Assembly: GCA_049724395.1 (NCBI GenBank)
Contig: JAUGWO010000020.1
Location: 124,001-180,077 of the forward strand
DNA: 56,077 nt
Source of the DNA: Spongospora subterranea f. sp. subterranea
Taxonomy: Eukaryota
Direction of reading: 5' to 3'
Position numbers and translations under genes: made by a program
The notes under the pieces: model-generated
Seen by the model: the letters and a program-made list of their open reading frames with translations, nothing else
Told to the model about the DNA's origin: nothing
Database searches by the model: none
Shown: one piece after another, positions 29,273-43,365 of the stretch
How positions within the stretch are numbered: the first letter of the stretch is position 1
Layout: each line of letters starts with the position of its first letter

Positions 29273-32200
29273 TTAATCAATGTTTGTCATGAAGCTGACT
29301 TCCCGCCGAAGCCAATATTGCATCTGGTCCTCTGGAACTGGGATTCCTGAACGATCGACAATCAAGTCAGTTTCTTTGTTGTTTTCTGCTTTGAATATCG
29401 TCTTACTAATGTATGTGATTGGATAAGGTTCGGTGTTGATGGCGAATGGGCGTCTCCTGTCCATTGTCATGTATACTGGGCATTCAATGGTAGATGCCGA
29501 TACATCTTTCCGCACCGCGACGCTCAACCTGAAGTATAAATCAATTTCCCGTCGATATCAAATGATTGCATCGTTCACGTTATTGCAGCGAGTTGATGTG
29601 GTTCACCCGGATGCAGCGGCTCTTTGATCGTATTGGCGGTTGTATCCCAGGACGCATCGTATAGATACACATCGCGAATCTGAATAGAGATCTCGCTTGG
29701 GATGGAGCTGAGTACGATGCACTGATCGCTTAACAGAGATAATGATGAGGCCAGATACAAATCGATTCTGAAGAACGAGGCAAGCGAAACAGTTGTAGGA
29801 GCACCGGATTTCGCCCAAGTACGGAAATATTCGACTCTTGCTAGCAGATCTCCGAACCATGCAGCAAGACCCTTGCTGAACGCGAATGACACCTTTCGCC
29901 AAACATCAGGGACTTCATCATTCACTAGAGAATTGAATATTTGCACTGAAACAGGGCCGCTTTCGCCTTCAGATCCAACGTCAGAGACAAAATCAGTTAA
30001 CGAATGTCGAACGACGTCTAGAAGCCGATTGAAGAGGATAATCTCATGAGAGACATTGTCTGCCAGTTTTTGAGATTCACTTTCCAGTTCTATATTGCTG
30101 GGAAGGCGCTCTTGTAATGACGTCGCAATATCCAACGCTAACTCGTTGCTATCGCCAGCACTAACGGGTGCTGGGAAAAGCACCGACAGAGCGTTCATGG
30201 CCATGGCTGCTTGAAATTGATTCTTTGTCGTGCTTAACGAACTTGACATCCCGAGAATCTTATACAATTCGGGATACGACGAGGTCAAAATAAACTCTCG
30301 CACTGAATTGATCGATTCAGTTGGAGGTGGACACAAATTTGAAACGCCTTGGTTTGGATCAATGGCAGAAGCGTTCAAAAATTCATGAGCATAATTAGAA
30401 ATCCGCAACAGATCAAGCTCTTCTTGGCTATGGGCCCCGTAATTCACTGATGATACAACTTCACGGAAAGCGTCCAGCACGAACGGTTCTCGCTGATTGA
30501 GAGCTGTTCGAAGTTGAGCAAGAGAAATCGCGAAATCGCTTTGTTCCGGTTGGTAAGGGGAACTCCAGGCGAGATGTGATCTGGAGCTGATAACTCCATG
30601 AAAATATGCCAGAGCGAATGTCAGTCTTTGATAAACAAGTGGCTGCAAACAGTCCTGGGAAGCTTGAGAAGACATGCTCGAATATATCTGGAAGAGTTTG
30701 CCTTGAATGCTACTTGGCTGTTCTAGTGCAATTTTAGTGCATTCCTGTACAAAAACCGCTGAGATTGTGCTGCTGGGCGTCGCTGATAAAAACAAGCGGA
30801 ATGTGGATTTGGAGTCGGCATCGTTTGCTAAGGACTCAATTATGCGTTGTAGAGTGGGAGCGCAAGTATTCGCTAAATGACAGTTCCTAATGAAGAGCCA
30901 ATCACCGGAAATTTTCGCCTGACGAACCGCCAATTCTAATTCCTCGGACTGCAAAGCACCTAACGATAAGGATGCCAGTTTCGGGATACCCAACTCTCTC
31001 CCTGATGCCGAAAGATAGGTGAAAACGTCGAAGTCCTGAGATGCTAAAAATAATATGACGCAAGGATTATGAAACTCTGATAAAGTAGCTTGAAGAGAAA
31101 TGGGATTGCGTCCAGCGTAAGATTCTTCCAACTCGGTTTTCACGAACTGCTTCATGGCAGCATACAAATCATTAGGGCGGATGGTCTTGATAACGATTAA
31201 ACGCTGGAATGGTGTCAGCTTCAGCTTCCAATCGTCAGGAAGAGACTCTGCCTGCAACACGGGAGACGACATAATTGTTGCCCATTCATCCCGCGAGACA
31301 ATATCGTGGCCGAGACCTGAAAATACAGGCAGAGCAGCGATATTGATGAGTTTTGTCCACGTCTCTTGAGTCATCCATTCCCTAGCCTTCTCAATGATTC
31401 CTGCTGGAAGATCTGAACCTTTCGCCGTGTGTGCATCGTAAAGGAACAAATCCCAATCGGATTCTGAAATTTGACCGCGCTGACGACAGCACTCGACCGC
31501 AAGACAAAACGAGAATATCAACTTATGTTGATCAAACAGTGCACGAGAAATTTGGGCATGAAAGGCAGATGTGATATCGTCCAAAATGTGCTGGATTCGA
31601 CTCGTCAAGTCTTCAGGCTTCGTACTCGTTTTGATACGAGAGTCAAATACTGCAAGGAATTGTGGCAATGAAAACTGATACACTGACGAGATCTGTAAAC
31701 GACAACTCATAAAAAGAGGGTAATTCCGTACACTATCGAGACTCACTTTTCGTAAAGCTGTCATTGTGAAGTATATCGCACAGCCGCGTTGAGCCACAAT
31801 TCGGTATTGCTCTCGTGTGCTGCGAATCTCCAGCAGCATCGTCTCGGAATTATTCACCGCCGACTTTAACGAGTGAACCGATTTACTACTTACCGATAAG
31901 TCCTGGATTAGCCCAATGTTGTCCAAAATCGATCCTGACGACATGGAAAGCAACTGCAATATTCGATCCTCTATCGTAGTGAGTTGCTGAATGATTTGAT
32001 TTCATAATGCGCGTCAAATACGACTTCACGTGAACGTACCTGTTTGTTGTCGGCAACTTTAGTAATTAGCCCATGATAACGTTCTTCGAGTTCAGGACGT
32101 TCAGTTCGCGTGACAATCGTCAACAATTCCTCGCTTAAAATCGAAGGCGTCATAACGAAATTGATGACGGTAACTTGATTGAAATCATCAGGTGAATAGG

Positions 32201-35200
32201 ACGGATTCGATAACCGTGTCGTCATATATAGACGGAAATCGGCTGAATACGGGATGGAACGATCCCCAAACCGCAAGAACCAATTCCCACCTTGTAAAAA
32301 AATCTAGAAAGAATCACACATCCAGCAAACATCATCAAGTCCCGTAATTACCTGCTTCTTCAGCACCGACTCTAGATTCACCTCAAATGTCTCACCCATG
32401 TCTTCTAACAATAAGGTCTCGCCTCTCTTGATGCAATCCTCCACAACTGTAAACGATCCTGGAGTATCTAGCGACGTGACTTTGAGCGATTTTGATCGCC
32501 CCATTTTTCGAATCCAACGGTTGCCCACACTTTCTGGATCGATCAGAAGTGGCCAGCGCCGCCCTCGTTCCAATACGAGCCCGTTTTCAAGTGAGACTAT
32601 GGAAGGGCTGAGATAGGGGCGAAAGGTTATACCAAAATATATACTAACATTCATCTGGGGGCAGTCCATTAGCGCACCAGTCACTAATAAGAATTGGATC
32701 AGCAAATAGACGGACCAATGAATATTGCTTGTTGATGGGCAAATTGTTGCTCGAGCAGAAATTCATCCAAGACAGTAATAGCTCCTTCCGGAAATCCTCT
32801 GAAAACGGTCCAAAGTACGTTATCTGGGCGGCGGCCAACAAAACATTGCCCGGAAGGAGAGCCTCGCTTGATTCTAGTGCTTTTAATGAGGCTGACCAGC
32901 GGGTTTCTTCATCAGAAAGCCCATTCATGAGTTCTTCAGCTCTGAGTAGGCGTTGAGATATGGTATCAACTTGTACCCGAGTTGCTGTTTGAGCAGCGAC
33001 ACTTTCTTTATGTCGATGCTGTAAGCTAGCGATGCGCGATCGAACCTCGGCGAGGCTGCCGGTCTTTGCCAAGAGCACCCCCTCTGCCTTGCTTAGATCT
33101 TCTTTTGCTTGTTGCAACGCCTTTCGCTTGGGTTCAACTTGATCCGCAACCAGACCATATTTATAAATGGAACAAACCCAAGAACATAATGAAGTCGTCG
33201 CCGTCGATATATTCTTACAATTTTCAGGAGTGAACTCTGAATTCTCGATGTATACTTGTAATTTTTTCATGACTCTGTTGGATATTGAGTCTTTATCGAA
33301 CTGTTTAAGCAAATCTATGATTTGAAGATCCCCTAACATTCTTTTGGCAGCAGACCATGTTTGAGGTTCCCCCATCAGCAAACAAACTGCAGACATAACG
33401 AGTTCAACGAGTTTTGGAGGATTCACATACGTTTTGACGACAGACAAATCTTCCTTGTTAATCGTGTCAAGGGCAGAAATGGCAGCCTCAAGTGTTGGCA
33501 ATGCCTCTTGAAGATCTCTTTGACATTCATCTTTGATCACCTGAACGCGTCTCGCCATCTCTTCAAACTCAGCCGCTTCTTTCGCATATATGACAGATTT
33601 TTCGTTCTCGACGGCTTGATCTCGCTCTAACACCGCATGAAGGGCAACGGACTCTTCTGATGCAGCTAATAGCTCCTTCTGCAACTTCTCAGAATCGGAT
33701 GCGAGACGAAGGACAAGTTCATTAGCCTCTCGCAGTTTGCATAGTCCAGTTCTATATTTTTCTTCAGATTCTGAATTCTTACGAAACTGTTCCTGAAACA
33801 GAAGAAGATAGAACTTGACGAGCTCAAGGTACGCTGTTGAAGTGTGATGCACATGTCGTCTAAATTTCTCGTAAAAGTGTTTCGCCGCTTGACCCACTGT
33901 TTCATGCATATATGAGCATGCATGACATATAGTCTGCTCGAGAGCAGAAATGTTGAGACTGGTGGATTGAACGCGAATATATTGTTGGGCAACTGTGGAC
34001 AACACCTGGTTATCCCACCCTTTCATAACATAAATGTGACATTGACTGGAATGAGAGAATTTTCGGTAGTGCTCAACTTTCGATGGAGAGGCCGAGTCCA
34101 GCGAGACCACCAGATGTAAATTGTTTCGTATACAACGGACGAAGTATCGGTAGACTTCTTCGCGATTGTTTAAACATTGACCAATCGATTCAGCATTGGC
34201 TTTGACTCGGTTGAGCACCTGTTCAAATTCCTCTGACGAGTAAATATAGTGCATATCAGCAGTAGACATTAAAAATGCCAAATCTCCAAACATTGAGTCA
34301 TCGATCATGTGGATTTGACAAAGAAAGAAAACGATGCCTCTGTTGTCTACGCCTGCAATGCTGATGACTTTTTGTAGCTCGGACCACCACTCCAGCCGGT
34401 TAAATACGGTTGTGCGAGCTGGAGACCGATGTTCATATCCTAGAGTAAATGAAGCTAATCGTGTCAAACTTTGACGGCCACAACCATGCGGGCCCAACAA
34501 AAAAACATGACTCCCGACCATTCGAAGAATTCGGCAAAGTCGACATATATGCACCAGTGCATCGTCAAACAAAACCAGATTCATTTCAGAGTCGCTGTTC
34601 CGGTTGAAAGCAGCAAGATGCCTAGAAACATCTTTATGCATTTTTGCCATATCGGTCACGACATCATATTGTTGAGAGGTAGATCCATCTATCGGGAAGG
34701 AATAAATATCGTCGACGGGTACCGAAACGCCTGGTAGAGAAATTTGAGTTTCTTCGCATACCACCGTATTGACGAGGTCAATATCAGACGACTGATGCAA
34801 TCTATCTCTAAAAACACGAAATATTTCATGGACCCACACTCGAACCAAAGATCCTTTATCCGAGAACTTATGACTAGGGCCCACAAGTAAAATTCCTTGA
34901 ACGATCTTGTTGAAATCGTGGAAAGTGAACATATGATCAATCCCGAGAGTGCCTGATTTCCATTGTTTTTTTTGTTTCAAACGTTGCCCCATGCTTATCA
35001 AACTTGTGATTAACGGCTTAACGGCGTCTTCAAGAGCAATATTGGATACCTTGAGGAAGTTGGACAAAATGGAGCCAAAAATCGATCGCGCAACCGCGTC
35101 ACTAGGTTCTGACCACCAAATTGCCTGGAAATGATGAAGTAGCCGAGCCGCATGTGAATCTTTATTGTGAGCACCTATAGTGGAGAAGGACATGGCACCC

Positions 35201-38200
35201 ACAAATATGGTATCGACAAGACGCTTGAAATTCAGACTTTTCCAGTCATGAAAGCCCCCCGAATCGAGGCATTGACGTAAAAACTCTACAGAATCATACC
35301 GGCAATCAGATGCACAGGGCAGATTGACGTCATCGACGAATATAAGCAACTTTTTCCCGGCAGGAGGCCCGACAACTGAGCGACGCTTTGTATCTAATTT
35401 GCATTCTATATGATTCTGCAATTCAACGGGAGTAGTATGCACTGAAAAAGGGATACTTATCGTTACAGCTCGTTGGCTTGCACTAGAAACAAATGATTGG
35501 ATCTGCGCCGTTTTTCCGACACCATTTTTGCTTGCAAATATTACGTGTGAACCAATTGAAGTCAAAAGTTCAAGAATAAATCGATATCGTACGGAATCGG
35601 TTGTTGGAACTAACATAGTATCAAATGGTTTGTTTGGGTCAAACTCATATGCCTCCATTCGCTGTGACCAAGGCAAATAAGTGGCTCTTTCGCTCGATAC
35701 ATAATAGTCGTATACAGTGCCTTGCTCTGGAGGCAACGGAATCCCCGATGAGCGACCTTTAGCAAAGCGTGACCGAATGAAGGCAGAAAACATAATTTGT
35801 GAACGATCATCAATACGACCTCCAATCGACCATATAATTGCAAAAAGCAGATACATTGAGATTACTCGATTCACGCCTTCATCGCCATGGACAGAAGGAT
35901 CAGCAGCTCGCTCGGGAACAAGAAGGGCGTCGAGAAGGTTGAAGCACGAATTCACGAGAACTGCATCCGTGGACACTACACGTTCAGTGCAACTGGCCCG
36001 AACAAATTTTAAAACGGGGGAGATGTGTTCCCGCATTGACATTAACACTCTACTGGCACGAGCTCCGAATCTTTCTTGAAATCCTACCGCCCACTTGTCA
36101 ATCAACGCGTTACATTCAAAATCTTCCTCCTCAAACCGGACAATGATGCATCGTGAAACAAAATCAGGCGCAGCATTTGATAAATCGCTTGACTCAAACA
36201 TTAAAGTAGTAAAAGGCGAAACTGGAATGCGCTCACCGTTGTTACAAAAACTGAACATTAGATTAGGCAAAGTTCATGACATGTGACAAAATTGACTCAC
36301 AGGAAACGACTAACGTCAAGTGCACTGTATAGTGGCTGCATCCATGCAGCGTCTACACAACCATCAAAAACAAGCCATGACCGACTTTGAGCGCCGACAG
36401 CATCCCGAAAAAGCATCGTTATAATGCCATCAGACCATTGTTTCGACACAGGATCCAGCTTGCCATACAATTGCTCCATAGAAAGCGAAGCAGGATATAC
36501 AACGTGGCGGTTGACCTTAGGGAATTCATGTTCTTGGCTGTTCTGCTGCAGGTAAGCGGTAAGTGCAGACATGAGAACGGCAATGGATAACGATTTCCCA
36601 GAAGCAGGGGGGCCAAGCAAAACAACTCCCATTTGAGAAAGCGTTGCATCATACAATTGCATAACTTTGGATATGAACTTGTTGCCTAGGTTCCATTGAT
36701 GGGATGCAATCTCCGCCGAAATTGATTTGCCCAACGGGGTTTCTAGGGGTGAGATGGACGGTGTTTCCTGCATTTGGAACGTTTGGCTTAAATAGGCTTC
36801 AACTACGGATATATCCGAATGTCCAAGAGTAGGAGTTATTAGTTGATGAACCGCGGCGATAATACATGATTCTGCAGTCCTGTTTGGCTGACTGCGAAAC
36901 ATTGTCCCCGCAAAACGGATGATCATTTTTGATGTTCGAACGTTGCAGCTTTTCGGCAAGCCATTGCTGCGAGAAAGGTATGTGTCCAATTTAGAAACAA
37001 AGTCCATGAAATTTTTGGCCAACTGAGCAGACGAACTTTGATTGAACCCCTCATGCAATAAGCAAACGTTTGCAATTGCATGACAGTCAGTTTTCGCTAT
37101 CGAAATCGGGCGAAATAGATGTTTGATATTATCAGGCATTACAGACGCGTCTTTAAAATTTACCGTTTCTGCGGTTGTAAAAATGCCGACGTTTGCGTTT
37201 ACAGGGGTCATTCGACCTTCAAATAAGAACTCATGACGGGATGAGTTTAAAGCGTGACGAATTGTAAGAATGTGTTGCGCAACTGCAGCAAGGGCTCCTG
37301 GTTCGATTCGGAACATGTTGTCAAAGCACACCCAAGCGCCAAGCTGTACGATTCCAGAGAACAACTGAACAAATACGGAGGGTCCCATTGTTTCTTGGCA
37401 GTCGACGGTCAGACACTGGAAGCCCAAATATTTCGCAACGTCCTTGACCATTTCGCTCTTGCCCGTGCATGTAGGTCCCCAAACGACGCCACCATAATGC
37501 GAGAACGCTGTACTGGCCAGAGCCCTCTGACAACGCTTGGTATTGGCGGTCAGAACGAGATGGTGAAGTGGGCCGATATATTCATAACCGTATCTATATC
37601 AAGCATGACATTGGTGACATGTTACCCCATCCATGACTGGGGAGGGGATGACGATCTGTCGGTTACCGTTACCTGAATGAGCAGCGGTCCACGCGAACTG
37701 TCATATGTGCCGTTTCTGCATCCCAGTAGTACCTGATGTTACTTGCCCAGTCAGATTCTGTAACGTTGCCACATCCTTTCGCGATGAGCTGTGTGAGAAC
37801 ATCTCTACGATCAACGCTCATTGTGATCAATGACATTACGGTCGCGCGTTGTGTTGGCGTTTTTTCTTGCTGGGACGCCAGTTCGGCATATCGCGTGATG
37901 CCGGTGATAGTCTGCGACAGGGCAGAAGAAAGCGAAACATCTCCAGCGATTATAGCACGTTCAATGGCCGCAGTATTTGCGAGTTTGTCAACAACAACCG
38001 CAACCTGGCTCAGCTGTTTGAACAAACTAAATCGACCCAATTTCAGGATTTGTGTAGATAACCGATGTAAGTGTTTCTACCTTGCCTCCCAATGTAAAGC
38101 TTCCTGTGGGTAATTTTCGAATCCTTTGCGGATTTGTTCCCGGATGCTGTTGGTGATGCTCTTTTCCAACGCCGATAACCAATCTTCTAGGTTTCCCATA

Positions 38201-41200
38201 ATTATTACAGGCGAATCCAGTGCAAAATACTCATCGCCAGTGCCCATAACGCCAACAATTTGGAGACTGTCAGCTGTGCGAATGAACTTAACATCGCGAA
38301 CGTGTTCCAGCACTTTGTTAAGATGAGGCTTGATGTCGGAGGGCTGTCTAGTCTCCGAAATCATTTTGAAAACTTGATTATCAGAAAGAAAATAAAACCG
38401 CGGAAATCGCACGCGTTTGGTTTCCAAATACTGGTTCAAACATTTTTGCAGTGACTCCAATTCCTTGTTCGCGTTCTTTAACGTATTGAAAAGCCCAGGT
38501 GCGGCACAGACATTGTATGCGTTAGGCTTTCGATTGACTCTTCGCATCAGGTCTCTCCAAGTTCGGTCGATGTCAGCAAATCGCTTCGATTCTGTGGGGA
38601 GCTGCTTAATGAAGTCTACAGTGCTAAAAATCGGTTCCAGATACATCCATGACCGCTGGCAGCTGCTCCAAATTTCGCAAATGTCAGATATTGACGACAT
38701 CCTAGAAATCCATTCCTCAACATCTGTTTGCAGCGACGAGATGTAACGGCTGGATATCATAGTTTGCAGCGTCATCTGGCTATCTTCAAGATAAGTTAAA
38801 ACTGTCTCCATATTTCCAAGAATGAATATTTCGGTCGAGTCACGATATGGCTCCAGAGGTAGATCTAGACCCTCCCACAGTTGCCGCGTGGTTGCGAATG
38901 TTGATTGCAGCGAAAACTCCCCAACGGCCTGTAATGGAGGAAACCGTCAACAAGCTGCCCTCTGTGAAAACAGCGATCCTACCGTTGCCACAGTATCGGC
39001 GATGAGATCGGGATAAGAAAGCAAATTGACAGAACGGATTTTATGAAGATCAAGGTTGTTGGAAAATATGAACTCCTGCCCGATGAAGGAAAACATGGCC
39101 TCCCAGTGCTTTTGCTTCAACGATTTATTACCCAAATCCAAAATCATTGGCATGATGGATCGCCACTCTTCAATCATGTCGCGAATCATATTGGTTAACG
39201 GAGTTGATTCTCGCTTTACCAAACGAATAATATCTTTCGAGAAATTGTTGACCAGGTTGCCCATTTTCGCGACGTCGATCTGGAAGAACGACCCTGTGCT
39301 AGTCGGTCAGCCTCAAGTCAACTAAACATAAACAACGAACCGTTTTCCCATTCACTAGTTCTATCGATCCATTCCTGGTACAAGGTCCAAAACTCTTTCT
39401 TCGTTGAAAACTTCTCCTTGACTTCTTGTAACTGGACGAACGGATTTGTTTCGATATCGAATATTGTTTGATAGTTGTTTAGCACAGCTGCGTTCTGCTG
39501 AATGTTTGAAAGCGTTGCCCCCATCACCTCAATCTCAGCTATAACAGTATCAGGCGTGGCATGAATATCGACGAAAAGCCCTAGCCAAACAAAATTTCAT
39601 GTCCACCCATTCCATGAGACCAACACGCGATACCTTGAGATAGACTTCCATCCAAGGCATGAAGTTCGAGGTTGAGTTTGGCAATGTTTTGATCAACATC
39701 TTCCCGTATTTCTGGCATTCTTGACCGGGACTTCTCCCATTCAATGGCCAGGCGCTCGATAAAGGACTTCTTCGAGCTTCTGAGTTCGTCCAACAACACG
39801 GCATCTTGGGAAGGCAAGACAAGCTTATGGGTCGAACTGGTCAACAAATCATACATGAGTTCGACTTGGTCGCTGAGCTTCGCCAAATTGGGGGCATCCT
39901 GCTTGAACTTTTTTTGCGATGAGATGTGTTCGGCGAACTCGCTCAGCGACGTGGGTGAGAATGCCAGCGCTGCAATGCAGTTGGTATATTTACGAAGGGC
40001 GTCCTAAAGAACGATCAGCATAATGAAAACGTGATTTCAATTCTGCCATCCGACAACATACTTCGCATTTGGAGTGAAACGATTCCAGAAGTAGTTCCTC
40101 CATCTCCATCAGCGCTTTATCGACGATGGGCAGAAGTCGATTTTTCAATTTCCTGCTCTCAATGTGGAAGATGCCAACTGCGAACCCAGGTCGCATATTC
40201 CTGTCCACATCTGTATGCCAAGCGGTCTGTCGAGCCATGCACTTCTGAATCTCTTCAACCGTTGGATTGGCCAAGCGGAAGTGTTTGATTGTCCACCCCT
40301 CATCGAATTGATGGACTTCGCGCCATTGCTCGAACACCTGGGCGATGCTGACTGCTTGTTCGAAATCGCGTTTGATGCGTTCCTGGATCTGATGAAACGT
40401 CTGCACGAACTGGGTATTGTTCCGAATGGTCAACGCTACGTTGGGCTCATTAGAGGTGACGATTGAGCTGCCAATAATGTGCTTGAACGCGTTCAGCTGG
40501 GTAATCCTGGGAGCACTTTCAACCGTAGCGATCATTCCGTCCACCATTTTCTCGACGATTGTGCAGATATCGGTATCCGATATTCCAAACAATAAACTGT
40601 TGGGCCCATACGAAACGGTGGTCTGGAACAGCCCCGCTTTCCTTGGAGCTTGCAGGACCTCGAGAAATTCAGAGTTGGTCGACAACGTTAAGATGACCAG
40701 ATTCTCCACGACCATGTAGTCGGCCAGGCGAATGAAATCGCTGAGCATATCCGCCTCTCTGGCAGCCCAACGCATCTGACGCAGGCGTCTGGCCCGTTCC
40801 TCCTTCATCTTGACCAGCGACAAGTTCTTCTGTTGGTGAGGGAACATGATCGTGATCATATTGTTGGAATCATTACCGATCAAACCCTCACTCGAGGACC
40901 GGGCGCGTTCCTTCACGTCGGTGCAGACGCGATCCACAGTCGAGTGCAATCGTTCCAAAATCTCCTCGAATTTCTTCCCGGCGCGAGCCCGCTGCTCCGC
41001 CTGGTCTTTCACGAACTCTTTGGCGAGATAGGTCTGCGATTTAACATTGGATAGACGGATGGCCTGTAGCTCGTACATGAGCTTATTGATCTCGGTTAAG
41101 GGTTGGCAGAACGATTGCTTGGCCAGGAACAGGTTTGAGGTCAGCATCTTGCGCTTCTTCTTGAATAGATTATATCGGACGTTATTCGACCACAAGCGAA

Positions 41201-41952
41201 ACGCCTTCCCCGGCAGATAGTGCTTGAAGAAGCGGATCGACGTAAGCACGTTGAAGTTGGTCGATTCCCGGATCCAATCAACCAATGGAATGAAGGTCGA
41301 TGGATGCCCAGGAGCAATGTGCACGATTCCTGTGGCGGATATCGTGAAAAACTCGGGATTGGTGCACTTCTTGGGGACAACCTCAAGATCGTATGGCCGA
41401 TATTGATCTGGCTCGACCTTCCTATTGCAATAAACGAACTTGACCGATGACGAATTCCCATGCAACGCGAAGAAGGCGACGGCTTCCTCCCCAGTTCTCA
41501 TATGCGATTCCTTGTTTGAGCGTAAGGCGCTGTAGGCTGTGTCCTCCCCGTTCCTCTTCGCCTGTTAAAAACACTTGACGCAATACAGGCAGATGCAGAG
41601 GAAGATGTCGTCGCCGAGTCGGGTTGACATTTGATGGAATCGGTGACGGTTGTTGATCTTCAGGTTGAGGGGTAGGCACGGAAACGCGTTTTGTGGCCGG
41701 CGCCTTCTTGAATATATATCGCTTCTTAATTGGGGATTTAATCTGTACATCGGGAAGATCGAATTTTTTTGATTGGTAGATTGGCGTGCTATTGGCCTAA
41801 TCATGGAGGTGTTGAATGGCGATCAATCGGAGGGCAATTAAGTATTGTACCGTCTGATGAGATGGGGGACTGATAAAGGGTGATAGTTTACGGTCACCCT
41901 TGTTCATGATGACGTCGGGTTTGGGGCCGCCCTGGTGATAATCGTCTTCCAT
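29273..41952 (-). CDS. Axonemal-type dynein heavy chain (DNAH6-like N-terminus, divergent motor)
   Basis: Motifs YRPYDLEVV...FFTISATG, WMYLEPIF and FPRFYFLS. P-loops GPTCTGKS, GPPASGKS, SKNGVGKT and GPHGCGRQ. Stalk/MTBD YVNPPKLVELVMSAVC. AAA5 RWPLLIDP and AAA6 WLFIRNCHLA. The start is tentative. Confidence 0.93.
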
Positions 41953-42200
41953 GGACAGGGGGGGGGGGTGGAAGATAAACGCCCAGCTGAGCGCCCTTGT
42001 GTTGTGTGATGATCCAGCACAAGTACCAATTCCCGATCCCATTTTCAACCCGTTCCCTACGTTGAAGTCACAGCGACCTGATCTAAACTCCAGTACACAC
42101 CGATGGAGAATTGCTCAGCAGATGATATTCCATGAGAAATGATGCGATTGGGCATTGTAATATATATATAATATAGTTGGGGAGGATACGGCCAGGATCA

Positions 42201-43078
42201 TTAGATTACAAGACGTAAACCCTTGGCCTTGGTGGTTTCAGTGTGAACTGACCATTCCATAGTGAATTGTGCAGGTGTTTCGCTTGAGCTAATAATTGCC
42301 TGTTTGATGGCCCAACCAAGGCACATTATTTTCTCTTTATCGTCGGAACTAAAGTGGGCATTATCAGACGGCGATAAAGATATCAGCCAGCGATCCTTAT
42401 CTCTCACCATTTATTCCAGACTGCAATACGATCGGCGCCACGTCGTCGTGAGATGACAGCTCCACATATCTATGGCATATCTGAGATAGAGCGACGCCAA
42501 CCGCCACCAATTGATCATTCAGATACCTCGTCGCCATCAGAATCGACCGTCTCGCCGATCAGTCCAAGGATCAGATTCTCCCAATAGCTATCTAGCTGGG
42601 CCCGGTCGTTCTTCATGAAAACAATCTGAATGGCGACGCGATCAGATATATTCAAAGCGGTGTCTTTAACCCAGTACCCTGTTTGATTGATATTGTCAAT
42701 GATCCGATTAGCGCCAGGTGGAATAAACATTGATGGATTACCATTTCCCTCCGTTTGCGTTTTGTGGATCTTCCCACATAGGTTGAATACCATGTTTAAA
42801 CAGCAGGTAATTGCTCTTGAAATCCAAACAGCTCGGCAGGATTGCATTCCGATAATATCTATTGAACCAATAAAGGTCATCATGTCAAAGAGCCATTTTA
42901 TTCGGAGCGATTCCCGGTGAGATGGCGATAAATGGACCGACCTCCAGAACATCTCGACCGTGTCAAATGTGCCAACCTGCTGTAGATTCGACTCCCAGCT
43001 GGTGCCATTATTGGGCATGGAATGGAACCAGAGGGTCCACTGGTTCTGTAGCGGGTGCAATCCTGTGTCGTTATCCAT
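42201..43078 (-). CDS. EIF4E: Translation initiation factor eIF4E family, multi-exon
   Basis: Motifs HPLQNQWTLWF, GTFDTVEMFW, PMWEDPQNANGGKW and WENLILGLIGE. The 3' end is approximate. Confidence 0.9.
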
Positions 43079-43365
43079 CGATCGGATCCCGCCCCGTCGA
43101 TCGGATTACTGGGGTGATGATCGTGTTGATAATGATCCTGATGAACCTGTCACTCCTCACGGATACCGAATACACTATCGATATCGATCATCACACAAAA
43201 CTCATCAAACAGTCCGACAGCTTTCGAAAGTGGTATATTAACCATTGCTTTACTCATAACAGAATTGATCAAATTAAGCAGGCGATGTGCTGGCAATCAC
43301 CAAAGGATAGAAGGAGTTATGGAGAACTACCTGAGTTTATATCGATATGGAAAAGCAGAATGATA

